NCBI GenBank assembly: GCA_918797485.1
Contig: CAKKNE010000003.1
Location: 1,426,001-1,490,000 of the forward strand
Source: Pelagomonas calceolata
Taxonomy: Eukaryota
Length of the DNA stretch: 64,000 nucleotides
Reading direction: 5' to 3'
A program made the position numbers and the translations under genes. The notes beneath the pieces are model-generated. The model was not told the DNA's origin. It saw only the letters and a list, made by a program, of their open reading frames with translations, and searched no databases. This document shows positions 1-9,928 of the stretch, piece by piece (the first letter of the stretch is position 1; each line of letters starts with the position of its first letter).

Positions 1-456
1 TCCCCCTCTACGGCAAGCTCCAGATCCTCGTGATCGTCGGCATGCTCGAGTCGTACGGCGAGATCCTCGCGCCCCACTACACCAAGGGCGGCCTCCCGGG
101 CTACTACCCCCCGATCAAGGGCAAGCGCCCGGAGCTCATCTTCAACCTCTACGACCCCTTCAACTTCTTCGAGGGCGACTCCGCCGAGAAGAAGGTCCGC
201 GCCAGCGTCCCATTGTGCTTCCTTGCTTCGCTTCCTTGCTTCGTCCGCGCGACCGGCCGCTCACCGTCGATCGTCTCCACAGGCGCGCGGGCGCCTCACC
301 GAGGTCAACAACGGCCGCCTCGCCATGCTCGGCATCTTCTCGATCATCTCCGAGGCGACGGTCCCGGGCTCCGTCCCGGCGCTCAAGGACATGATCCCGC
401 CGTACGACGGCAACGTCATGATCCCGTTCTCCGGCGACTTCTCCATCTTCTCCTAG
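1..456 (+). CDS. Light-harvesting (fucoxanthin-chlorophyll a/c binding, LHC/FCP) protein, 5'-truncated; exons <1-194 and 283-456
   Basis: Spliced reading ...YDPFNFFEGDSAEKK|ARGRLTEVNNGRLAMLGIF contains the LHC DPF and E-x-x-NGRLAM motifs; GT-AG intron 195-282 joins the two ORF frames. Confidence 0.93.
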
Positions 457-720
457 ATGTTTGGCCTGTGAGTGTGGGAGCGCAGGCGTCGCGCACAAAA
501 ACTTGGTTACCCCGGCACTTACTGGCGGCGGCGTAAGGTGCGGTTTATAAACAGTAGTATCATCCGAGTCGGTCGTGGCGCGGCTACCGCGTCCGTGAGT
601 GGGCGGGTCAACGTGCGCTCAAAGCTTCTCGTGGCGTGGGCGAGGAACCGGGGGCGCGCGGCTTCGGTTCTGAAGGCTTGGGAGAGGTCTGGTGGGGCTC
701 CAGACGTTTAGCTTGCGCTT

Positions 721-744
721 GCTAGTGTCTTTACTGCCGCTAGC
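721..744 (+). promoter_or_regulatory. Recurrent CTAG-bounded intergenic motif (GCTAGTGTCTTTACTGCCGCTAGC)
   Basis: One of ~10 related copies, all upstream of gene starts; this one is ~260 bp before the POLD3 ATG. Confidence 0.55.
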
Positions 745-1003
745 TTAGTCTCGAGTTTGATTTTCAGGGCCGTCAATAGAGCCGCTCAGACCGCTTTGCG
801 ACAACTGGGCCGGCTACGCAGCGCCATCGTACTGCAGGGATAGGCGCGCGCTACAGCACTACAGCTGTTCGCCCGCCGCGCGCCGCAAAAACCGCCCCCG
901 CCATTTAGCACCTTCAGCCGCCTGGCGCGCGGACCGTCTAGCGGCGCCACAGCCTGAGACCGGTACAGAGCGCCGCGCGCACAAAAAACGCGCAAAGCAA
1001 ACC

Positions 1004-2101
1004 ATGCCCTTCGGCCAATCATCCGTCAACGCCCCGCCGACGGCCGACGCCGTCGCCGCGGCGCGCTGGGCCGGCCGCGAGGGCGTCTCGACCTCCCAAT
1101 TAAGGAACGCGTGCCCCGCCTCGGACGCGCAGACCGCCCTTGATCAATTGGAGAAGGCGCACCCCGACTGCCAGCGCGCCGTGGTCGTCGTGACGCCGGA
1201 ACGGACAAAATCAAAGCTTGGGACGTCCATCGCCGGCCGGACCATCAGACTAGTGCGGCGCCAGAAGGACAACACCGCACCATTGTACGCCGTCGCTCCT
1301 TCCAGTGAAGCATGGCCCGAGTTGTGGCGCAAGGACGCCGCGGAGGCCGCCCGGCTCCTAGAAGACGAGTCCGACGCGGGAATTGCCTTCCGCGAAGCGC
1401 GGGCGGCGCGCATCCGATGCGACGTCCAGATCTCATCAAAAACGGACTGGGCCGATCCCACGGGCGAGAAGGCCGCGAAGGCCGAGGCCGAGGCGAAGGC
1501 CGAGCGCGAAGCCGCGGAAGCGCGGCGGAAGAAGTCTTCAGCTTTACCCATTGGCTTCGGATCGAAGAAGAAGGGCCACGCGGCGCTCTTTGGTGGTTCG
1601 AAGAAAACTTCCTCGAGCAAGAAGAAGAAGCCCGCGCCCGTTGTCAATAAAAAGAAGCGGCGCATCGTCGAATCGGATGATGATGACGACGAGGAGGACG
1701 GCGATTCTGTGGAGGTCGCGTCGCCCGAGGAGGACGAGCGGCCGCCCATGGAGGAGGCGCGTCGCGGCGTCCCTTCCACGCCGTCGCAGCGACGCCAGCT
1801 CGACAGCGTCGCTCACCGGTCGCGCCCCCCGCAGGAGGAAGAAGCCCCTCCGCCGCCGAAGGAAGAGGCCAAGCCGGGCATGAAATTGGTAGAAAAAACG
1901 TACGTCGACCCGAACGGCTACTTCTGCACGCAGCAGGTCTGGGTCAAGGACGAGAGTGCGGCTACGAAGATGGAGATCAGTGCGCCGAAGGCGAAGCCCG
2001 CCGCGCCGAAGCCCAAGGGTTTGCCGAAGCCGAAGCCCGCGCCCAAGAAGAAGCTCAAGAAGGGCCAGACCAGCCTCTCTTCCTTCTTCGCCAAGAAGTA
2101 A
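1004..2101 (+). CDS. POLD3: DNA polymerase delta subunit 3 (Cdc27/p66-like); probable in-frame GC-AG intron 1757-1834
   Basis: C-terminal 'VEKTYVDPNGYFCTQQVW' motif, terminal PIP box QTSLSSFF and acidic/lysine-rich linker. Confidence 0.8.
   Translation: MPFGQSSVNAPPTADAVAAARWAGREGVSTSQLRNACPASDAQTALDQLEKAHPDCQRAVVVVTPERTKSKLGTSIAGRTIRLVRRQKDNTAPLYAVAPSSEAWPELWRKDAAEAARLLEDESDAGIAFREARAARIRCDVQISSKTDWADPTGEKAAKAEAEAKAEREAAEARRKKSSALPIGFGSKKKGHAALFGGSKKTSSSKKKKPAPVVNKKKRRIVESDDDDDEEDGDSVEVASPEEDERPPMEEARRGVPSTPSQRRQLDSVAHRSRPPQEEEAPPPPKEEAKPGMKLVEKTYVDPNGYFCTQQVWVKDESAATKMEISAPKAKPAAPKPKGLPKPKPAPKKKLKKGQTSLSSFFAKK
1757..1834 (+). mobile_element. Decayed introner-like intron (78 bp, GC-AG, in frame)
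   Basis: Contains CCACGCCGTCG core variant and a CTCAC branch-like motif, ends CCCCGCAG; removal gives EE|EEEAPPP. Confidence 0.6.
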
Positions 2102-3670
2102 CTAATCACAATTCTTAATAGCTCGCCGGAAGCACCACCTTTTGAGAGGTGCTTTCAATATGGTCGACAGCGTGATGGCCCACCAGACGCCGTCGACTCC
2201 ATATTTGGAGGCGAATAAAGCCGCAAGCGGGATCCTCAACCCATTCCCTAGCACACCGAGCACCATCGATAAAACAGTGCGCTGCGCGCCGATGCACCCG
2301 CCATCAAAACACGCCTCGACGGCGCAGAAGGGGAAGCACCACGCCACGGCCCTTAAATAATTCGCGGCGGCTTGCGACACGGCCGGGTCCGGCGCGAAGA
2401 AGCTTGATGCCGCGGGCGCGAACGCGAACGCGAGCAGCGAGAGGGGCACCATGGACAGGGCGCCGTACCGCGAGGCCTGGAACGCGGACTCGGCCGCTCG
2501 CTCATTATTCCCGGCGCCGCGCCACTGGCCGACGACCGTCGCGACGCCGACGGCGTAGCCCTCCGTTATGGTATATGAGACGGCCTCGATGCGGTGCCCC
2601 ACCGCCAGCGCGGCCAGCGCGGCGCCGCCCTGCAATGCGGAAAGCTGGCGGCCCAGAATCACGTAGATGAGTGTGAATATCGTGCCCGACACTCCTATCG
2701 GCCCCCCGACTCTCGTAATCTGCCTGATCGTTTTCACATCGGGCTTCGGAGTCCTTGAGAGTCGGACGCGCCTCAAACTCAACCGCCAGAGCGCGACGAG
2801 CGTCGCCGCCAGGGCGGAGATCGAGGTAGCGTGCGCCTGCGCGGAAATCACACCATCGAGCCGACGCGACCACGGGGACACCGTCGCGTCGACGGCGTGG
2901 AACCTTCACGCCATCGAGCAGACGCAGTTACGAAGACAACGTCGCGTCGATGGGACACCGGCACGCGCCGCGCCGGCCACGCCAAAACGCTTGATGAAGG
3001 GCCCGTTCAGCACTATATTTAACAATACAGTAAACGCGGAGATCTGCAGCGCCGCCCGCGTCTCGCCCAACCCCTTGAAGCCCGCGAACGCGACCGCGTC
3101 GGCGCACAGCGGCAAGACGCCGTACCGCGCTGTTGCTCGCAGATACGACGCCGCGTGTCGTCTTACTGTGGCGTCTGTCACTTTCAGTACGTCGAAATAC
3201 GCGTCCAGAGCTGCTTTGCTCGAAAATAATGAGGATACAAATGCGGAGATGAGGCAAAAATACAGGCCCTGCACGACCGCCCTACCCACGCCTTTTCGAT
3301 CGCCAGCCCCTTCGCTCTCCGACGCCAGCGCCTGCACGCCGACGGCCCCCACCTCGCCCAACAAGTAAACGAGCCAGACGCCGAACGACGCCGCCCCCAT
3401 GGCCTCGAGCTCCTTCTTTCCCAATCGGCCAATATACCACGCATCAGTCTGGCCCAGCGCCGTCCTCAGTAAACCGATGGCTACCGACGGCCAGGCCACG
3501 GTCCAGACGGCCTCGACGGGCGTCTTGTTTCGTAACAGAGGCGGCACGGCGCCGCCGCGCGGCACCTCGTCCACCGCACTTCGCGTCGCGACTCTCGGCA
3601 GTCGTTGACGCGGCACGATGAGTGCACTTGCTGCGGCGAGCCATGCGAGAGATACGTATCGCGATCGCAT
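2102..3670 (-). CDS. MATE-family (MatE/NorM-like) efflux transporter with N-terminal signal/transit peptide; exons 3670-2969 and 2836-2102
   Basis: Motifs 'QTDAWYIGRLG', 'LNIVLNGPFI..FGVAGAA|HATSIS' and 'YGVDGVWWA'; multiple TM segments; the two ORFs share a frame across a 132-bp intron. Confidence 0.88.
2837..2968 (-). mobile_element. Introner intron in MATE gene (132 bp, GC-AG)
   Basis: Degenerate TSD GCGCGTGC/GCGCACGC; interior collinear with the element at 53696-53884; ends GATTTCCGCGCAG. Confidence 0.8.
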
Positions 3671-4075
3671 TGCGCTGTCCCGCCGCGCGCGCGGCGGTTT
3701 GCACCCTGAGAGAGGCAGTGAGAGCACTCAAATGCTCTCCTTGTCAGTGCTGTTAAACGTGCGCTTCGCTCGCGCAGTCAATTGTGGATCCAATTAGCAC
3801 TCTAAACCGATACTTGCGCTCGCGTGCTGGCTGTCGCGTGTGAAGCACTGTGCCCATGGGCCCACTGCAGGCTGGGACAGGGCCACAGACAGCCCGATAG
3901 ACGCGTCGCCGGGCAACGGACGACCGATGAGAGCGTTCCGGTACTCCTGTCGGGAGCTTTCGAGGAGCACCGTTAGGAGCATAAAATGACAGTGCCAGCA
4001 AGGGCAATAATCAACTTGCCACACGCTCTCAAATTGCAACCTGTACATATAATAGCTTGCACACTTGCATAAACG

Positions 4076-4722
4076 ATGAAGACCACCGCTTTGGCACTTG
4101 TTTTTGCTGGCGTCGGGGCTCTCAACCCCCTCAAGGCACGCCGCAGCGTAGCCAAGTACTCGGACAAAGCGGTTCCCGCGGACGCGACGACCAAAGCGCT
4201 GGAGGCAGCGATCCAGGCGCCGAACCACTTCTTGTCGGAGCCGTGGCGCTTCTACACCGCCGGTCAGATGCAGTGTCCTGCACGCCATCGACGCGACGTC
4301 TGCTCGACGGCGTGGTTGTCTCACTGGTTGCTTTACGCACAGGCCCGGAGACCAAAGCCAAGTTGTGCGGTCTCAACGAGGAGAAACGCAAGGCCGCCGA
4401 GGGCGTGCCGGAGTGGCTCGTCGTCACCTGCGCTTCCGAGCACGATTTGTCGGAGAAGCTCGGCCTCGAGGACCACGCCGCCTGCGCCTGCGCCATCCAG
4501 AACTTCATGCTCTCGCTCGCCGGCGAGGGCATCGGCAGCAAGTGGATGACGGGCGCGCTCGGCGCCGCGCCGGAGGACGTCATGGCGGCCGTCGGCGCGC
4601 CCGCGGGCGAGAAGCTCATGGGCGCGATCTGGTACGGCTACCCGGCGAAGGATTTGGCGGAGGACGCGAAGGCGCCGCCGCGCAAGAAGGGCCTCGACGG
4701 CGTCCTGACGGCGTGCCCCTAG
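4076..4722 (+). CDS. Nitroreductase-family protein with signal peptide; exons 4076-4262 and 4343-4722
   Basis: 'RRSVAKY', 'APNHFLSEPWRF', 'AIQNFMLSLAGEGIGSKWMTG' and 'WYGYP'; an 80-bp intron restores the frame. Confidence 0.9.
4263..4342 (+). mobile_element. Introner-derived intron (80 bp, GT-AG)
   Basis: Core ACGCCATCGACGCGACG...CTCGACGGCGTGG and 3' end CTCACTGGTTGCTTTACGCACAG. Confidence 0.8.
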
Positions 4723-4904
4723 GTGTCTAATGATATTGTTACCGTAGCGTCACATCGGCCGCGCCGCGTCGATGGCGTCTGGGGGTTCGGCCGTCGGAAT
4801 GCAGTGGTTCTGGACCATCGCTCCGAGCCTGGCCGATTAGGAGGGGTGGTGTGCGGGGTCGGTGCGGGTCCGAAAAAAACAGATATATTCTTAAAGAGGC
4901 CCCA

Positions 4905-6053
4905 TTAACCAGGAGGCCACGCCAGCTCCCGGCCCCCAATCACGTGGACGTGCAGGTGGAAGACGGTCTGCCCCGCGCCCGCGCCGTCGTTGACCACGAC
5001 CCGATAATCATCTAAACCGGCCGCTTCCGCCACGGCGCCGACCTTCGACATCAGGTGGCCCAGCAAGCCGACGTGCTCCGGCTGCGCCTTCCGTAACTGT
5101 GATAGGTCGTTTCTGTGTTTAGGGATGAGGAGCACGTGGACGGGCGCACAAGGGGCTACATCTTTGAACGCCAAACATAGGTCGTCTTCGTAGACTTTTT
5201 CGGAGGGAATATCCCCGGCCACGATCTTGTCGAAGATCGTCTCCTCTGTGTCCCTAAGACCGGCACCGTGTATGGTATCCCATCTCCCTTTACCTGCCCA
5301 GCCCTCCAGCGCCGAGTGGACCTCGTCATAGATGCGCTGACCTACTGGATCTGTTGACTTAAGCATGTCGAACCACTTTTGCGTGTTCGGACCGACGGTA
5401 AACTCGCGGTCGAACTTCGGCAGCATCGTGTCGGCAAATATCAACGTAGGAAACAGGGCGCAGTCCGCCTGCGACGGCGCCGCGCCACACAGGTACGGTC
5501 CCGTTTCGTCAGCATATCTCTCGATCAATTTCAACTGTTTCTGGAACTCATCTAAAGCAGCATCACGTGTGGGAAACGCGCCGTACGCCTGGCCTTGGGG
5601 CGAGGCCTTGTAGAGGCATCCTTGTATTGGTGCTAGATAAACATCGTGGTGTCTGCATAAACGGTCGGCCTTCAACGCTTCTATTGAGCCGGCCGGTGGT
5701 GAGAACGCGCCGCCGGCATCAAACTTGCCCCCGAGGAACCTTGCAATGGTATCGGACTCGGGCACCAATTCATTCTCGTCTCTGCACGACAGAGCGGGCA
5801 TCTTGCCCTGGGGGTTCACCTTCAGGTAGTCCTCGCTCCGCAAGCCGCCGAGCTCCATCGGCGAGACGATCTCCACATCTTTGACATCTTTGTAGTAGAG
5901 CAGCATGCGCACGCGCGCGCCGTTGTTCGAGACGGGCAGGTCGTACAACGTGTAGGGCGGCGCGGCGCTCATTCTCGTGGTGAGGCGCCGCGCTGACGGC
6001 GCCTGCAGGGCCAGCGCCGGCGTGAGGCAGAGCAGGGCGCGGCGGGAGAGCAT
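4905..6053 (-). CDS. Glutathione S-transferase fused to a C-terminal HIT/HINT domain; N-terminal targeting peptide
   Basis: GST motifs 'VNPQGKMPAL', 'ESDTIARFL' and 'ADCALFPTL'; HINT motifs 'TIFDKIV..IPSEKVYEDD', 'APVHVLLIPK' and 'HLHVHVIGGRELAWPPG'. Confidence 0.9.
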   Translation of the reverse strand: MLSRRALLCLTPALALQAPSARRLTTRMSAAPPYTLYDLPVSNNGARVRMLLYYKDVKDVEIVSPMELGGLRSEDYLKVNPQGKMPALSCRDENELVPESDTIARFLGGKFDAGGAFSPPAGSIEALKADRLCRHHDVYLAPIQGCLYKASPQGQAYGAFPTRDAALDEFQKQLKLIERYADETGPYLCGAAPSQADCALFPTLIFADTMLPKFDREFTVGPNTQKWFDMLKSTDPVGQRIYDEVHSALEGWAGKGRWDTIHGAGLRDTEETIFDKIVAGDIPSEKVYEDDLCLAFKDVAPCAPVHVLLIPKHRNDLSQLRKAQPEHVGLLGHLMSKVGAVAEAAGLDDYRVVVNDGAGAGQTVFHLHVHVIGGRELAWPPG

Positions 6054-6315
6054 TGCTGCGTCGCTTTGTGACTTGTGCGCCTACACACCGAGTGCTGTGG
6101 TCTAGCGACGCGTGTGCGGGCTGCTAGCACTGCTCAAAGAGCACTGCTCTCGCAGCCGCACAGCGAGGTGTTTTGCATCAAACCAGGTCGCCACGCAGCG
6201 TAGCCGCACGCGAAGCAAAAGCACTCGTGGAATACGTCAAACGCATCCACATCAATCGAAACTCGACTGCTTGCGCGCCTTACGCCGCGAACCTTATACA
6301 CAGCAACCAGTCTAC

Positions 6316-6818
6316 ATGGCTCAGCAAGTGCAGGCGAAGCAGCGCGAGCTGCAATCCAAATTGGAGGCCATGCTGGCCTCCGTGGAAGACGAGCGGCTGC
6401 GGCCCATGCGCAAGCAGGGCTTCCTCGCGATGGCGAAGTGCTGCGACCTGTCCGACCCGACGGCGTACCAGCAGTGCCTCCAGAAGGCGCAGCTGCCCGA
6501 GCAGCGCGCTTCGCAAGTAGTACAAGGGGAGTTAAACGACTTCCAGAGCCGGCTCCAGCGCGCGATCGCGACGTGCCAGGACGACGTCAAGGACGGTTCG
6601 CGCGCGGCGTCCGATCAGATCTCCTTACGCCATCGAGCAGAGATATCCCGGGGGTCGCGTCGCTGGCGTGCGAACGGTCGCATCACACCACAGGCGGCTA
6701 CTCCGACCAGAACCGCGCGCAGAACGTCTTCAACACGTGCGTCGGCAAGGTCTTCGACGCGCACGCGGGCATGCTCGGCGACGTCAAGAAGCGCATCGAG
6801 AAGGGTTTATCTCGTTAA
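6316..6818 (+). CDS. FAM136A/DUF842-like protein; exons 6316-6595 and 6694-6818
   Basis: 'LRPMRKQGFLAMAKCCD...QCLQKA...ELNDFQSRLQRAIATCQD' pattern; a 98-bp intron joins it to 'FNTCVGKVFDAH'. Confidence 0.8.
6596..6693 (+). mobile_element. Decayed introner-derived intron (98 bp, GT-AG)
   Basis: Contains ACGCCATCGAGC and GTCGCGTCGCTGGCGTG cores, ends ACACCACAG; splicing restores the frame. Confidence 0.65.
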
Positions 6819-6827
6819 CATTCAAGT

Positions 6828-7544
6828 TTAGTGTGTCACAGCGTATGTTGGATAGGGCGTCTGCACCATCATTCCAGCTCCGAAGGCGAGGAACAGCATC
6901 GCGAGCGTCGAGAACCAACCAATACAAGGTTCCGGTCGCGAGCGGCTCCGGACGTCGGCCTTGGCCGCGTCGACGACGCGCCGCAGCGTCGCCTCGCGCT
7001 CCTCGGCACCGCGGACGCGCCGCTCGGCCGCCGCCGCCGCGGATTCGAGCTCGTTGAGGCGCGTCAGGGCCCGCTGCGTCGCCTCGGCCACGCGCGCTTC
7101 TTGGCGCTCGGCGCTGACCGTCGCCGCGGCGCTCTCCACGAGCTTCCTGGCTTCGGCGCTGTCCTCGTCGAAATCAAGATTGCGTCGCCCGAGTGACTGG
7201 CGCTGTGGCGGCTGAGGGGAGTAGTGCGACCGGCTGACCGGCGCGTCGGACCGGCCGGAGATGTGCGCCGCACTCGGCGGGCGCTGCTGCGGCGTCGGCC
7301 GCACGGCGGCGGGCGGCGTCGGCCGCGCGGCGGCGGCGAACTCCGTCGCGCGCTGCCGCGCCTCGCTCGACGGCCAAGGGTAGGCCTTGCGCTGCTCGAG
7401 CGCCCGTCTCAATTCGGAGTTTTTCTTTTGGAGGGTCCTCAGTTCCTCGACCTCCTCCTTGTGGCGCCGCGCGGAGGTCGGGCTTGTGAGCGGCGGCGTG
7501 GTGATGTGGCGCAAGGGGCTGCGCGGTGTTGCGTAGCTCGTCAT
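6828..7544 (-). CDS. Hypothetical coiled-coil protein with C-terminal transmembrane segment
   Basis: 238-aa ATG-initiated ORF with heptad-like segments and hydrophobic tail 'WFSTLAMLFLAFGAGMMV'. Confidence 0.6.
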   Translation of the reverse strand: MTSYATPRSPLRHITTPPLTSPTSARRHKEEVEELRTLQKKNSELRRALEQRKAYPWPSSEARQRATEFAAAARPTPPAAVRPTPQQRPPSAAHISGRSDAPVSRSHYSPQPPQRQSLGRRNLDFDEDSAEARKLVESAAATVSAERQEARVAEATQRALTRLNELESAAAAAERRVRGAEEREATLRRVVDAAKADVRSRSRPEPCIGWFSTLAMLFLAFGAGMMVQTPYPTYAVTH

Positions 7545-7969
7545 CGTGTGTTGTACGGACGGCGGTGTTGTCGGTAGGGTTCTCCTTCGCCGACGGTCCC
7601 GCGCGGCGCTGCTTTTTTTGGCGTGCGCGGCGGCTTCCGGGCAAGCTTTAACTGTGTCACGTCTGGCGCGCTAAACTTTTGGCGCTTGGTCCCAGCGCTG
7701 AAAAGGCTGCTGCTACAGTATAAATCAGAGCGCTGCGGGTCAGCAAGCGACTTGGGGCCAGATGGCCAGCTAAAACGGCTAAAAAATTCTGGTCTTTGAT
7801 TCCAAAACGGGTTTTTCGAGCCAAAAAAAATCGGCCAGCGGCGTATACGCTGTCTGCGCGTGCTTCGCAGGTGGACGAAGCGCAATAATATCATCTCTTG
7901 CACTGCTGCGACACGCGTTTGCTGCAAGCCACCGCCTAAAAAATTGCGCAATAGCCTTCTCAGCACACA

Positions 7970-8404
7970 ATGCGCAGCACCGCTCTCCTCGTGCTCGCCC
8001 TGGGCACTGCAAGTGCGTTACCAGTGGTAGAGCTGCAAAAGGACGTCTACGAAGTAGCATTGCAGGAGGTCGGCACGCCCTGGCTCATCGAGATCTACAG
8101 CGGCATGTGCGCGTCGTGCAAGGCCTACGCGGACATCTGGCACGGCGTCGAGGCGAAGGTCTTGCAGAATACGAAGGTCGCCGTCGGCCGCATCAACATG
8201 GACGAGAGCGGCGGCCCGCCCCTCGCGATGAAGTACAAAGGGCTCCTCAAGGACGGCATACCCGCCGTCATCTGGATCGCGGACCCGGCCAAGCCCTACG
8301 ACCATACCGTGATCGACTCGGGCAAGGCACGGAGCTCCGACGAGCTCTGGTCCACGCTGCTGCGGAAGGGGTCGCGGTCATTGCTGGAAACGGCCGAGCT
8401 CTGA
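7970..8404 (+). CDS. Secreted/ER thioredoxin-like (PDI-type) protein
   Basis: Signal peptide, 'WLIEIYSGMCASCK' CxxC, cis-Pro 'GIPA', C-terminal TAEL resembling an ER-retention signal. Confidence 0.8.
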   Translation: MRSTALLVLALGTASALPVVELQKDVYEVALQEVGTPWLIEIYSGMCASCKAYADIWHGVEAKVLQNTKVAVGRINMDESGGPPLAMKYKGLLKDGIPAVIWIADPAKPYDHTVIDSGKARSSDELWSTLLRKGSRSLLETAEL

Positions 8405-8467
8405 GTCGCTATTATGTGTTAACACGAGATGTTTTAGTATACTACGGCCCCGTTCGGGGGGCCGCAT

Positions 8468-9676
8468 CTAGTAGCGCGAGCGGTACCCGCCACCGCTGTT
8501 CCCGTTCGGGCAGTCCCTCGACCAGTGGCCGCTCTGGCCGCACTTGAAGCAGTTGCCGCCGCCGCCGCCGCCGCCCGACGTCTTGCGCGCGCCGCCGCCG
8601 TATCCACTGGAACCGCCCCCGTAGGAGCCGCGCTTGCCCTTGCCCTTGTTGGGGCAGTCTCTCGACCAGTGGCCCTCTTGCCCGCAGATGAAGCACGTGT
8701 CTTTGCCGCCGCCGGAGCCGGCCTTGGACGTGCCAGCCGGCCGCGCGGAAGCCGTGCCGCCGCCCTGGGCCGGCATCTGGTTGCACCACTTGAAGAAGTC
8801 GCACGAGTCGCACCTGCGCGAATCGAGTCGCGTCGAGTCGCGTCGACGGCGTACGAGACGCCATCGCCGCGACGCTTGCGAGTCGAAGGTGAAGAAGGAC
8901 GCCGCGCGCCGACTTGTAGTACTTGCGGCCCGAGTTCTGCTCCGAGCGCGCCGTGCGGATGCTCAGCGGGCCGCAGCCCTTCTCGCAATCCCGCTGAGGA
9001 AATTCCTCCTCCTCGGGCTTGTCCGCTTCGGGCTTGTTGTTGGTGGGGCAGTCCTGCGCGGAACACGTCGCGTCGATGGCGTGTTGTTGAGATCTGACGC
9101 CCCCGCCACGCCATCGCCGCGAAGGATCAAGAGACACGGGAGTTGTACGCGCGCCCAGTGACCAGCGGCGCCGCACTTGAAGCAGTTCGCGTCCGACAGG
9201 GGCTTTTTGACCTCGTCGTCCCGCCCCCACTCCTCGGCGGACGACTTGCCCGACCACTCGTCGACCCACTTGAAGCAGGAGCAGACCGGACATTTATAAT
9301 AGTCGCGGTTCGGGTTGCGCTCCGAGTGCGACGTCAACTGGTTCATGCGGCCGCACTTCTTGTGCGGATTGTCGGGGCACATGGGCGCCTCGGCCGGCGC
9401 CGCGTCGACAGCCGGCGCGGTCTTGGCCTTCTTGGGGCAGTCCCTCGCCCAGTGGCCGATGCCGCCGCAGCGGAAGCACTTGCTCGTCGCCTCTTCCACA
9501 CCTTCGACCGGCGTTTCATCGTCGGATCGCGTGAAGGTCTTGGGCGCGGGGCGCTTCTTGGAGTCTTGGGCTTCGTACTCGGCGGCGGCGGCGTCGGCGG
9601 CCGCCTGGTCGTGCTCGGCCTGCTCGGCGATCATCGCTTCCTCCTCGTCCGGGTCGATGTCCCAGGGTCCATCCAT
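8468..9676 (-). CDS. Zinc-knuckle (CCHC x4) and GRF-type zinc-finger (x2) nucleic-acid-binding protein; exons 9676-9149, 9053-8914 and 8813-8468
   Basis: Repeated CFxCGxxGHWxRDCP knuckles and GRF-like 'S..N.NR.YYKC..C..FKW' motifs; two introns restore HWAR|DCP and YYK|CDSCDFFKWC. Confidence 0.88.
8814..8913 (-). mobile_element. Introner-derived intron (100 bp, GT-AG)
   Basis: Contains ACGCCATCG and ACGCCGTCGACGCGAC cores; ends GATTCGCGCAG. Confidence 0.7.
9054..9148 (-). mobile_element. Introner-derived intron (95 bp, GT-AG)
   Basis: Contains CGATGGCGTGG and ACGCCATCGACGCGACG cores; ends TTCCGCGCAG. Confidence 0.7.
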
Positions 9677-9928
9677 GGTCGTCTAGATTTGCGGCGACTC
9701 TTGATAGCGCGCGCGCGGCTGGTGAATTTGATTTGACTGCCGGTGCTCTCAGTAGAACTCGATGGGAACGGCTCGAGCACAGCCGCGCGCTGGCAGGCAG
9801 GACGCAGCTGAGTCACTGGCAGTGCGCAGCGGTCACACAGGCGAGGCGGTGGACCAGGGCGTGCGACAGCGGGGTGCAAAATCGATGGGAACGAGCAGCC
9901 AAATCGATTCGTGCGGGGTCAGGACAAG

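Noticed and set aside
8468..9676. Zinc knuckles as a retrotransposon gag
   Set aside because: No protease, RT, integrase or LTRs; the gene has introns and GRF fingers
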